Shown: piece by piece, positions 28,226-37,351 of the stretch | Numbering within the stretch: position 1 is the first letter of the stretch | How the letters are laid out: every line of letters begins with the position of its first letter | Source: an uncultured Clostridia bacterium | GTDB taxonomy: Bacteria > Bacillota > Clostridia > Christensenellales > UBA1242 | NCBI GenBank assembly: GCA_934747385.1 | Contig: CAKVGK010000002.1 | Location: 2,436 to 66,435 of the forward strand | Length of the DNA stretch: 64,000 nucleotides | Reading direction: 5' to 3' | Made by a program: the position numbers and the translations under genes | The notes under the pieces: generated by a model | The model's database searches: none | Seen by the model: only the letters and a program-made list of their open reading frames with translations | What the model was told of the DNA's origin: nothing

Positions 28226-29626
28226 ATGTCACTTATTTCTGATTTAATAAAATATCATGGCAACATACCATTGGAGTCAGCATTTCATGGGTTTATCTAT
28301 TGGTTCACACAAGTTATTGGATTAATTTTCTTTTTAATGTATTTCCACCAGTTTGTGTATTTAATAATTGGAACATTGCACCACACTAAAATTAAGGGCA
28401 GTGATTTTAAAAAGCACACCTATGGCATTGTTATTTCAGCAAGGAATGAAAGCAAAGTTATTGGCAATCTTATCAAAAGTATTCAAGCAAACGACTATCC
28501 TCAAGATTTGTTGAAAATCTTTGTTATTGCAGACAACTGCACAGACAACACCGCGCAAATTTGTCGTGATTTGGGTTGCATTGTGTTTGAGCGTTTTGAC
28601 CAAGAAAAAATTGGCAAGGGTTATGCTTTAAATTGGTTCTTCACTCAACTTCACACAGAAGAACAATATGCAAATTTAGTTCCAGAAGCGTACATAATTG
28701 TGGATGCGGACAATGTGCTTAAACCAAATTTCATCACAGAGATGAACAAGGTTTACGATAAAGGTTATAAAATGGTTACATCTTATCGTAACAGCAAAAA
28801 CTTTGGCAAAAACTGGATTACAGCGGGCTATGGATATTGGTTCTTGCATGAAGCAAGACATTTAAACAACTCACGTATGATGATTAAATCATCTTGTGCA
28901 ATTTCTGGCACAGGGTTTCTTATTGACACAAGTGTGGTCAAGGAATTTGGTAACTGGAATTTCTTCACTCTTACAGAAGATATTCAATGTTCAACAGAAT
29001 ATGCCATCACAGGCAGAAAAGTTGGTTATTGCGGCACAGCAGAACTTTATGATGAACAACCAGAAACATTCAAACAATCTTGGCGTCAACGTGAACGTTG
29101 GGCAAAAGGTTTTTATCAAGTGTTTGGTCGCCGAGGCTGGAGTTTGATAAAACATTCATTCACAAATTTCTCTTGTTGGGACATTTTAACAACATTGTTC
29201 CCAGCATTGGTTATTTCTCTTACAATGTGTATTGTGCTTCCAACATGTTCAATTGTTGGGCTTTGCATGGGCAGCGGGACACTTGCTTGGTTTGCGCTTA
29301 AAGAATTATTGATGACAATTGGTCAAATGTATGGTTTGATGTTTGTTATTGCAAGTTTGGTCTGCATTACAGAATGGAAAAAAATCAAATGTCCATGGTA
29401 TAAAAAAATACTTCATCTGTTTACTTTCCCAATTTTTATGTTTACATATTTGCCAATTTCAGTTGCTGCAATGTTTAAAAAAGTTACATGGAAGCCAATT
29501 GTTCACACAGCAAACATGAGTTTGGACGAAATTAACGCAAAAGCAGATAAGCAAGCAAAGGCTGTTGTTGGCGTTGTTGAAAATTCAAAAGACACAACAA
29601 ATAAAGAAGAAAATAGTGAAGAGTAA
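28226..29626 (+). CDS. Family-2 glycosyltransferase, membrane-integrated processive synthase type
   Basis: N-terminal TM helix, GT-A core (DNCTDNT, DADN) and QSWRQRERWAKG (QxxRW-type motif), followed by four or more C-terminal TM helices. Confidence 0.75.
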   Translation: MSLISDLIKYHGNIPLESAFHGFIYWFTQVIGLIFFLMYFHQFVYLIIGTLHHTKIKGSDFKKHTYGIVISARNESKVIGNLIKSIQANDYPQDLLKIFVIADNCTDNTAQICRDLGCIVFERFDQEKIGKGYALNWFFTQLHTEEQYANLVPEAYIIVDADNVLKPNFITEMNKVYDKGYKMVTSYRNSKNFGKNWITAGYGYWFLHEARHLNNSRMMIKSSCAISGTGFLIDTSVVKEFGNWNFFTLTEDIQCSTEYAITGRKVGYCGTAELYDEQPETFKQSWRQRERWAKGFYQVFGRRGWSLIKHSFTNFSCWDILTTLFPALVISLTMCIVLPTCSIVGLCMGSGTLAWFALKELLMTIGQMYGLMFVIASLVCITEWKKIKCPWYKKILHLFTFPIFMFTYLPISVAAMFKKVTWKPIVHTANMSLDEINAKADKQAKAVVGVVENSKDTTNKEENSEE

Positions 29627-29636
29627 TTTAAAAAAA

Positions 29637-29661
29637 ATCACCTTATTAGGGTGATTTTTTT
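29637..29661 (+). terminator. Rho-independent terminator after the GT2 synthase
   Basis: ATCACC-TTATTAG-GGTGAT followed by T7. Confidence 0.7.
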
Positions 29662-29704
29662 GTGTATTGCTATTTTTAAATCAAAAGTTGACGCAAGATT
29701 TTTG

Positions 29705-30427
29705 TTAGTTGTATTTCACATTATATAAAAACAAATACTCAGGTTTTGCTGTGAAAGTGGATTTAAAGCCATTAAAAAGTGTTGGTTTGAGTTGTTTTAA
29801 ATCAATTTTGCATTCGCCAATTTTAAGCATTGTGCCAACAAGATTTCGAACCATTTTATACAAAAATCCATTGCCAGTAACTGCAAAAGTCAAGTCATTG
29901 CCTTTGCGTAGCAGTGTTGCACAATAAATTGTTCGCACGTCATTTTCCGTTTGACCGCCAGCGGCCTTAAATCCAGAAAAATCGTGCGTGCCAGCGATGA
30001 GAGAACAAAACTTTTTCATAGCCTTAAAATTTAAGGTTGACTTAACAATCAATTTATCCTTTTCAAGTGGCAGGTCTATGTTTGAAATATGCATTTTGTA
30101 AATATATGTTTTTCTTTTTGCACTAAATCTGGCATGGATTGTGGTTGGGGCAATGGACAACACTTTTATTTCAACCGGTAAAAGTGCGTTGATTGATTTT
30201 AAAAACTTTTGTTCATTCAATGCAAAGTCAATATCAAAATGAACAGGTTGACGGTACGCTGAAACACCAGCGTCTGTTCTGCCACTTGCCACGCATTCCA
30301 CATGTTGTTTTGTTATTGTTTCAATGGCTTTTTCCAATTCAAACTGGATGGTTTTGTTGGTCGATTTTTGCTTTTGAAAGCCAGAATAATTTTTTCCATC
30401 GTAAGTCACAATCATTAAATATCGCAT
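29705..30427 (-). CDS. truA: tRNA pseudouridine(38-40) synthase TruA
   Basis: MRYLMIVTYDGKNYSGFQKQ and GRTDAGVSA catalytic motif. Confidence 0.9.
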   Translation of the reverse strand: MRYLMIVTYDGKNYSGFQKQKSTNKTIQFELEKAIETITKQHVECVASGRTDAGVSAYRQPVHFDIDFALNEQKFLKSINALLPVEIKVLSIAPTTIHARFSAKRKTYIYKMHISNIDLPLEKDKLIVKSTLNFKAMKKFCSLIAGTHDFSGFKAAGGQTENDVRTIYCATLLRKGNDLTFAVTGNGFLYKMVRNLVGTMLKIGECKIDLKQLKPTLFNGFKSTFTAKPEYLFLYNVKYN

Positions 30428-30631
30428 ATTTGCTCCTTATTTTATTTTAACAAAACTTAAAAATCTTTGCAATTGTTTGCAATAACGCAAAATTTTTTTT
30501 ATACTATAATTAACAAATTCAATTTTGATTTGCTGAAAACTTTTTAAAAATAAACCGCATATTTTGGGTTTTAAACAAATCAAAATTGACACCAACATGA
30601 TTAAAAAAACGTAAATATTTAAAGGGGTATT

Positions 30632-33600
30632 ATGCAAAAACTTACAGTTGATGGAAATTATTGCGCAAGCAACATTGCTTACATGATGAATGATGTTGCG
30701 GTTATTTATCCAATCACGCCTTCAAGCCCAATGGCAGAAAATTGCGACACTTTTATGACAGAAAGCCGCAAAAATATTTTTGGCAACACACTGCGCATTG
30801 CTCAAATGCAAAGCGAAGCCGGTGTTGCAGGAGCAGTTCATGGCAGTTTGATGGCAGGCGCAAAAACCACAACTTTCACTTCCAGCCAGGGGCTTATGCT
30901 TATGCTCCCAAACATGTATAAAATTGCAGGCGAGTGTTTGCCAACAGTTTTTTATGTTGCAGCCCGAACTGTGGCGACCCATGCATTGAGCATTTTTTGC
31001 GATTATAGCGACATTTACGCTTGCATGAAAACAGGTTTTAACATTATCAATTGTTCGTCTGTGCAAGAGGTTAACGACATTGCCATTGCAGCCGAACTTG
31101 CTGCGCAAAAAACTGGCACACCTTTCATTTGTTTTTTTGACGGGTTTAGAACCAGCCACGAATATAACACTGTGTATGTAAGTAACCTCGAAGACCTCAA
31201 AAAAATTGTGGATTTTGCAGACATTAAAGCATTCAAGCAACGAGCCCTCAACAATTACAACAGTTTCAGCGCAGGCACAAACCAAAACCCAGACGTTTTT
31301 ATGCAAAATCGAGTTAAGGCAATAGATAAATATAGCAAAGTGATTGAAAATGTAAAATACTGTTTAAACAAGCAGGCAGAAATCACAAATCGACATTATG
31401 ACACAGTTGAATATTTTGGCGATAAATATGCTCGTGACGTGGTTGTTTCTATTGGCAGTTCAGCGGATGTTTTACGCCTTGCCCAAAAACAATATGGCAA
31501 AAATGTTGGTATTTTAAAAATCCGTTTGTTAAAACCTTTTGATGAACAAACATTTATCAGCAAATTGCCAAAAAATGTGCGAAATATAACCATCTTGGAA
31601 CGCAATTTGGACGTAAATGGCACCGACACACTCACAGGCTATGTTTTGTCCGCACTTCAAAAGAACAAAATCAATTGCAACACATATTCCGGTTGCTTTG
31701 GCTTGGGGGGCAAAGAGTTCACGCCAGATATGGCGCTTGCAGTGTTTGAAAATATGTTCAAACGCAAAAAGCAATTTTTCACCGTTGGTGTGTATGACGA
31801 TATTTCCGGAACAAGTTTGGAAGTTGCTCCAAAATACCAAGACAAAATTGCCGATTTTAGCATGCGAGTTTATGGCTTGGGCAGCGACGGCAGTGTAAGT
31901 TCAGTTAAAAACACAATCAAAATTTTGGGGGAGGAAACCACAAGTTATGTGCAAGGCTATTTCGATTACGACAGCAAAAAATCGGGCAGCCTAACTATTT
32001 CACATATGCGTGCAAGTTTTCAACCAATCATTGCGCCTTTCAACCCACAACAAGTGGATTTGCTTATGTGCAACAATGCAGGTTTTATTGAGAAATATGA
32101 CATGACTGATTGCCTAAAAAATAACGGCATTATGCTCATCAATTGTCCGTACGATTTTGATGCTCTTAACAAAATTATGCCAGACAAAATGAAACAAGAT
32201 TTAATAGAGAAACACACACGTGTTTATTCAATCAATGCCAGTAAAATTGCTATGGACAACGCTCTTGGTGGCAAGATTAACACCATCATGCAAACTGCAT
32301 TGTTCTACGTTTCTGGTTTGTTACCTTTTGACGTTGCAATGTCAAATATCAAGCAAACCATTGAAAAAACATATTCACGCAAAGGTCAAGCAGTTGTTGA
32401 TGCGAATTTGAAAGCAATTCAACAAGCAGTTGACAACTTGCAAACAATCAAAACAAATCAACTTACAATCAACCACAATTTGACGTGCAAAGTGACTCAA
32501 AGTGAGTATTACGAAGATATCATCGTGCCAACTTCCAACCAGCAAGGCAATGATATTCCTGTCAGCAAATTTGACGTTTCTGGTCGTATGCCAACCGACA
32601 CTTCAAAGTTTGAAAAGCGTGCTTTGGCCGAACTTTTGCCTAATTGGATAAGCGAAAAATGCATTCAATGCGGCAGGTGCACAATGATGTGCCCACACGC
32701 AGCAATTCGCCCAGTGATTTTTAGTGAAAAACGCAAAGTGCCAAAAACTTTTGAAGGCAAAAAAGCATTTATTTGTGATGGTAATTATCGCATGCAAGTC
32801 AACACCTTGGATTGCACTGGCTGTGGCGTTTGTGCGAGCATTTGCCCAGTTAAAGCACTTATTATGGAAAAGGCAGAAAAAATTAGAGATAAAGAAATTG
32901 CTAACTATGAATTTATGCTCACTTTGCCACAAAACACACCTTTCACACCAAACACAGCAAAAGGCGTGCAATTCAAAAAACCATATTTTGAGTTCAGCGG
33001 TGCGTGCGCCGGTTGTGGAGAAACACCTTACATTAAACTAGCCACTCAATTGTTTGGCGACCGAATGCTTATTGCCAACGCAACAGGTTGCTCATCAATT
33101 TATGGCGGCACTTATCCAACTTGCCCATACAGCAAGGATAAGGATGGCTTTGGCCCAAGTTGGGCAAACAGTTTGTTTGAAGATAACGCCGAATTTGGCT
33201 TTGGCATTTCAATTGCCCGCCGCAATGAACGCAACAATTTTATTGAAAAATTAAGGTCAATCAAACTCTCTCGCAAACTAGCCAATATGGTTAAAGAGTT
33301 TTTGTTAAACCCAGAAAATCACGAAAACAACAAGGCTTTAACCATCAAACTTAAAGACTATCAAAAAGGGCATATTATTGAACCGCAAGACCAATATTTG
33401 TTTGACAACATTCATTTGATTGTCAGCCCAAGCGTGTGGATTTTTGGCGGTGATGGTTGGGCTTATGATATCGGCTTTGGCGGACTTGACCATGTTGTTG
33501 CCAGTGGCGAAAATGTCAACATTTTGGTGTTGGATACCGAAGTTTATTCCAACACAGGCGGTCAAACCAGCAAGTCAACTCCAAGAGGCGCAACAGCCAA

Positions 33601-34069
33601 ATTTAATATGACAGGCAAAACCACCAAAAAGAAAGATTTGGCTTCCATGCTCATGACTTACAAAGACGTTTATGTTGCCCAAGTTGCAATGGGTGCAAAC
33701 CCAGACCAATGCGTGCAAGCCTTTGTGGAGGCAGAGCAATATGATGGACCTAGTGTGATAATTGCTTATGCGCCATGTATTAACCATGGCTATGATATGA
33801 AACAAAGCCAAATCCACAGTTGGAATTCAGTAAAGAGTGGTTATAACACATTGTTCCGCTATAATCCTACCGCAAAACAACCAATGCAAGTTGACAGTTA
33901 CGACCCAACCATGCCATACTCCGAATATGTTGAAAGTGAAAACCGCTTTGCAATTTTAAGCAAAGTCAACAAAACCAGCAAAGCAAAACTTATCAAGCAA
34001 AGCGAGCAAGACGCAATTTTGCGCCGCACCACATATCTAAACAAACAAAAAGAAAGCAAAAAAGATTAA
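30632..34069 (+). CDS. nifJ: Pyruvate:ferredoxin (flavodoxin) oxidoreductase
   Basis: 1145-aa single-chain PFOR. Two CxxCxxCxxxCP ferredoxin motifs and the TPP-binding GGDGW...D motif. Confidence 0.95.
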   Translation: MQKLTVDGNYCASNIAYMMNDVAVIYPITPSSPMAENCDTFMTESRKNIFGNTLRIAQMQSEAGVAGAVHGSLMAGAKTTTFTSSQGLMLMLPNMYKIAGECLPTVFYVAARTVATHALSIFCDYSDIYACMKTGFNIINCSSVQEVNDIAIAAELAAQKTGTPFICFFDGFRTSHEYNTVYVSNLEDLKKIVDFADIKAFKQRALNNYNSFSAGTNQNPDVFMQNRVKAIDKYSKVIENVKYCLNKQAEITNRHYDTVEYFGDKYARDVVVSIGSSADVLRLAQKQYGKNVGILKIRLLKPFDEQTFISKLPKNVRNITILERNLDVNGTDTLTGYVLSALQKNKINCNTYSGCFGLGGKEFTPDMALAVFENMFKRKKQFFTVGVYDDISGTSLEVAPKYQDKIADFSMRVYGLGSDGSVSSVKNTIKILGEETTSYVQGYFDYDSKKSGSLTISHMRASFQPIIAPFNPQQVDLLMCNNAGFIEKYDMTDCLKNNGIMLINCPYDFDALNKIMPDKMKQDLIEKHTRVYSINASKIAMDNALGGKINTIMQTALFYVSGLLPFDVAMSNIKQTIEKTYSRKGQAVVDANLKAIQQAVDNLQTIKTNQLTINHNLTCKVTQSEYYEDIIVPTSNQQGNDIPVSKFDVSGRMPTDTSKFEKRALAELLPNWISEKCIQCGRCTMMCPHAAIRPVIFSEKRKVPKTFEGKKAFICDGNYRMQVNTLDCTGCGVCASICPVKALIMEKAEKIRDKEIANYEFMLTLPQNTPFTPNTAKGVQFKKPYFEFSGACAGCGETPYIKLATQLFGDRMLIANATGCSSIYGGTYPTCPYSKDKDGFGPSWANSLFEDNAEFGFGISIARRNERNNFIEKLRSIKLSRKLANMVKEFLLNPENHENNKALTIKLKDYQKGHIIEPQDQYLFDNIHLIVSPSVWIFGGDGWAYDIGFGGLDHVVASGENVNILVLDTEVYSNTGGQTSKSTPRGATAKFNMTGKTTKKKDLASMLMTYKDVYVAQVAMGANPDQCVQAFVEAEQYDGPSVIIAYAPCINHGYDMKQSQIHSWNSVKSGYNTLFRYNPTAKQPMQVDSYDPTMPYSEYVESENRFAILSKVNKTSKAKLIKQSEQDAILRRTTYLNKQKESKKD

Positions 34070-34101
34070 AAAAAAGTTCGTATTAATTACGAACTTTTTT
34101 T
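34069..34101. terminator. Bidirectional terminator shared by PFOR (+) and SRP RNA (-)
   Basis: AGTTCGTA-TTAAT-TACGAACT flanked by an A-run and a T-run. Confidence 0.7.
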
Positions 34102-34105
34102 GGTA

Positions 34106-34376
34106 AGTTGCACATGCATTCTTGAAACAAATTGCCTGCTGGCATAAACCTTTTGCACTCCATCAAAGCAACCTTACAGCACATACTGTATCCTTCTTAA
34201 TGCTGCTGCCTTCCGGCCCTGACATGTTTCGAGGGGCAATATTGTATAAGACCTTAATTTCAACATGCACAAAGCCTACTCAACACAGCCAAGTTTGCCC
34301 CGCATAATGCACATCAGCCCTGCTGTAGTGGATTGCAGGTTACAGGGCACCACTAGCTCCCCGCCTAGTACAACTC
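34106..34376 (-). ncRNA. ffs: Signal recognition particle RNA, large Bacillus-type (ends approximate, +/-15 nt)
   Basis: The minus strand contains GUCAGGGCCGGAAGGCAGCAGC, the conserved helix-8 (domain IV) SRP motif. An Alu-like 5' region is present (GGUGCCCUGUAACC...CAGGGC). The stretch is relatively GC-rich, has its own promoter, and has no credible ORF. Confidence 0.8.
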
Positions 34377-34382
34377 ATTGTT

Positions 34383-34411
34383 ATTATACACAAACGCACA
34401 CAAAAACTCAA
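34383..34411 (-). promoter_or_regulatory. Promoter for SRP RNA
   Basis: Minus strand: TTGAGT (34411-34406), 17-nt spacer, TATAAT (34388-34383). Confidence 0.55.
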
Positions 34412-34619
34412 CACATTTTTTAAATTTTGCAGTTAATTTCAACAAAATTTTAAAATTTTCAACAAAAATCAAAGTTTGAAAGGGCAAAATGCAACAATTT
34501 TACAGCCAATTGTTTGAATTGTTTTTGACAATATGGTATAATTAAACATAATAAAATTAAAATTAAGTTTTAACAGATTTTAATATATAAACAAATTACT
34601 TCAATTAAAGGGAGGAAGT

Positions 34620-35339
34620 ATGAAAAAATCCAATGCAGAGCGTTTTATAACCGCCTACAATCAAATTGACTACAATTTGCGTGCAATTTACGATTTCAAG
34701 CGCAGCATGTCTTTCAGTGACGTTGTGCGCCGTGCAGTTTTGTTGAACTCTGTAGTGCGTAAATACGAAGAAGATTTGATTGATTTTGGCAGACTTCGCA
34801 ACGCAATTGTGCATACAGGCAACAACAAATTTATCATTGCCGAGCCACACGATGATATTGTGGAAAAGATTGAAAAACTTTCTGAAATCATTGCCGAGCC
34901 ACCACGTGCAATTGACCGCGTTGGCAACAAAGATGTTATTGTTATTGAGCAAGAGATGAAAATTGCAGAGTCAATGGAAATTATTTCACGCACAGGGTAT
35001 TCAAATTTGCCTGTTTACAATGGAAATAAATTGATCGGTGTGCTTAATGCCCGCAAATTGCTTGGCGTGTTGGGTGCAAAAGTTGGCGAAGGTGTTAATT
35101 TACAAGAGTATATTGACAACACAACAGTGTCTGAGATTATTGCTCAAATGGGAGAAGACTACTACTACATTTTGGCAGATGATAAACTCACTATTGATGC
35201 CGCAATGAATTATTTTGAAAGCAATCGCAAATTACTCATAATAATCATCACTAAGGAAGGTAAGGACACAAGCCGTCCAAATTGCATCATTACGCAAGCA
35301 GACATTATTGATATGAAAAAAATCTTAGACGTTTATTAA
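34620..35339 (+). CDS. HEPN-like N-terminal domain fused to a CBS-domain pair
   Basis: GGGAGG RBS. The all-helical N-terminal region of about 100 aa carries GRLRNAIVH (R-N-x3-H at 34797-34814). The C-terminal region of about 130 aa has a CBS-pair pattern (SNLPVYNGNKLIGVLN..., LLIIIITKEG...IITQADII). Confidence 0.6.
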   Translation: MKKSNAERFITAYNQIDYNLRAIYDFKRSMSFSDVVRRAVLLNSVVRKYEEDLIDFGRLRNAIVHTGNNKFIIAEPHDDIVEKIEKLSEIIAEPPRAIDRVGNKDVIVIEQEMKIAESMEIISRTGYSNLPVYNGNKLIGVLNARKLLGVLGAKVGEGVNLQEYIDNTTVSEIIAQMGEDYYYILADDKLTIDAAMNYFESNRKLLIIIITKEGKDTSRPNCIITQADIIDMKKILDVY

Positions 35340-35352
35340 GATTAATGTTATA

Positions 35353-35381
35353 TTGACAAACTAACAATTTAGATATATTAT
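35353..35381 (+). promoter_or_regulatory. Sigma-A-type promoter placing the TSS on the methyltransferase ATG (leaderless)
   Basis: TTGACA (35353-35358), 17-nt spacer, TATTAT (35376-35381), then 6 nt to the ATG at 35388. No SD. Confidence 0.6.
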
Positions 35382-35387
35382 TAAAAT

Positions 35388-36245
35388 ATGAAAATAGCAA
35401 CAGATTGGAAAGATTATAAAGTTTTAAAAACCGCAAAAGGCGAAAAGTTGGAGCAAATTGGCGGTTTTACTTTTTTACGCCCAGACCCACAAGTGATTTG
35501 GAACAATGATACACCAATTAAACAAAAAGTTGACGCACATTACACTCGCACAGAAAATAAGTCAGGCGAGTGGAAAATTAATTCTAAAATGCCAAAAAGT
35601 TTCGTAATAGAGCGCAAAGGCGTAAAATTTCACATAGAGCCAATGAGTTTTAAACATATTTGTTTGTTTCCAGAACAAGCCGTCAATTGGGACATTATGA
35701 CCAAATTAATCAAAGCCGCAAACCGCCCAATCAAGGTCCTTAATTTGTTTGCGTACACTGGTGGGGCTAGCATTGAATGTGCTTTGGCTGGCGCACAAGT
35801 TACTCATGTTGACGCAAGTAAAAGTATGATTGAAATTGCCAAAGAAAATGCAAGATTGAACAATATAACAAACATTCGTTACATTATGGATGATTGTGCC
35901 AAGTTTGTTGAGCGTGAAATTAGACGCGGCAATTTTTATGATGCAATCATTATGGACCCTCCATCATTTGGACGCGGTCCAAAAGGTGAAACTTGGAAAA
36001 TAGAAGACAATATTTTTGATTTTGTCCGTTTGTGCAGTAAAGTGCTTTCTCAAAATCCACTCTTTGTGCTTATCAACAGTTACACCACAGGCTTGCAACC
36101 AACAGTTATGTCTAACATTTTAAACTTGACAATTTCTGGTGGGAAAACTGACGCTTACGAAGTTGGCTTGCCAACAGAACAATCAGGCGTGGTGTTGCCT
36201 TGCGGTTGCAGTGCAATAAAAACATTTGAAAATAAAAACAAGTAA
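35388..36245 (+). CDS. Class I SAM-dependent (rRNA) methyltransferase, RlmI/YwbD-like catalytic domain
   Basis: NLFAYTGG, HVDASK and IIMDPPSFGRG motifs. Confidence 0.7.
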   Translation: MKIATDWKDYKVLKTAKGEKLEQIGGFTFLRPDPQVIWNNDTPIKQKVDAHYTRTENKSGEWKINSKMPKSFVIERKGVKFHIEPMSFKHICLFPEQAVNWDIMTKLIKAANRPIKVLNLFAYTGGASIECALAGAQVTHVDASKSMIEIAKENARLNNITNIRYIMDDCAKFVEREIRRGNFYDAIIMDPPSFGRGPKGETWKIEDNIFDFVRLCSKVLSQNPLFVLINSYTTGLQPTVMSNILNLTISGGKTDAYEVGLPTEQSGVVLPCGCSAIKTFENKNK

Positions 36246-36339
36246 AAATTTTAAAAAACTTTAAAATTTAAGTAAAAAATGCTGAAAATCTTAACTTTTT
36301 TAGCAATAATGCAAAAAACACAATAAAAAAGGAATACAA

Positions 36340-37062
36340 ATGCAAATCGAACCAAAAATTTTATACGAAGATAATCATATCATTGTTGTGGTTAAGCCAC
36401 ATAATATCTCTGTTCAAGAAGATGAAAGTAAAGATATTGATATGCTCACAATCATTAAAAATTTTATCAAAGAGCGCGATAAAAAGCCAGGCAACGTGTT
36501 TTTAGGTTTGGTTCACAGGTTGGATAGACCAACTGGTGGCGTTATGGTTTTTGCAAAAACAAGCAAAGCAGCAGCAAGGCTGAGTGCTGAATTAAAATCA
36601 AAACAAATGCAAAAAACTTATTTAACTGTTATTTGTGGCAAACCACAAATTGCAAATGACCAGCTTGTAACCTATCTTAAAAAAGATGAAAAAACAAACA
36701 CTGTTTTCATTGCACCAAAAACGGAAGATGGTGCAAAACAAGCAATTTTAAATTATCAAGTTTTGGGATCTAAAGAGTTCACAGAAAATGGGCAAGACAC
36801 AACATTAAGTTTGTTGGAAATAGATTTAATAACAGGCAGAAGCCACCAAATCCGCGTTCAAATGTCCAAGCAATTAAACGCTCCAATTTATGCAGATTTT
36901 AAGTATGGCGACAAAACTCATAAAGGCAATCTTGCATTGTGGGCATACAAATTGGAATTTATTCATCCAACAACAAAACAAAATATGGTTTTTAAAGTTG
37001 AACCAGATTACGAAAATTCAATTTTTAATAATTTCAAAAATAAAATAGAAAAATTAATTTAA
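36340..37062 (+). CDS. RluA-family pseudouridine synthase
   Basis: HRLDRPTGGVMVFAKT catalytic motif and GRSHQIRVQ. Confidence 0.85.
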   Translation: MQIEPKILYEDNHIIVVVKPHNISVQEDESKDIDMLTIIKNFIKERDKKPGNVFLGLVHRLDRPTGGVMVFAKTSKAAARLSAELKSKQMQKTYLTVICGKPQIANDQLVTYLKKDEKTNTVFIAPKTEDGAKQAILNYQVLGSKEFTENGQDTTLSLLEIDLITGRSHQIRVQMSKQLNAPIYADFKYGDKTHKGNLALWAYKLEFIHPTTKQNMVFKVEPDYENSIFNNFKNKIEKLI

Positions 37063-37078
37063 TATTAAAAAACACCTA

Positions 37079-37106
37079 AAAATACGTATTTTTGCGTATT
37101 TTTTTT
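37079..37106 (+). terminator. Rho-independent terminator after the RluA-family gene
   Basis: AAATACG-loop-CGTATTT followed by T8. Confidence 0.6.
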
Positions 37107-37351
37107 GTAATTTTAATTAATTTTTTAAAATCTTTAAATTAATTCAATTTTAATTGTGTTTCTTGCTTGAAATTGTGCACTAAAATTTGGCAAAAAAAGT
37201 TGAAAAAATTTTTAAAAAACCTATTGACTATAACTCAAATTAGTGGTACAACAATGGTAACTTTAAAGCAAAATCCAATCATAATTTAAGTTTAAAAAAG
37301 CGTTATAAAAAATTATATTGCAACTGCAAAACAAGTTATAAGGAGAAAATT

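Noticed and set aside
27715-29700. Genomic island integrated at the 3' end of tRNA-Asn
   Set aside because: There is no integrase or recombinase gene. By eye I saw no direct repeat of the tRNA 3' end in the following 2 kb. The flanking genes are ordinary chromosomal functions.
30722-33817. Antisense and out-of-frame ORFs inside the PFOR gene (for example 30722..31306, 32603..32971)
   Set aside because: PFOR is unambiguous over its whole length, so the nested ORFs are chance open frames.
34122-34307. 61-aa plus-strand ORF in the PFOR-CBS spacer
   Set aside because: It overlaps the minus-strand SRP RNA gene, whose conserved GUCAGGGCCGGAAGGCAGCAGC motif explains the GC-rich stretch. It has no RBS.
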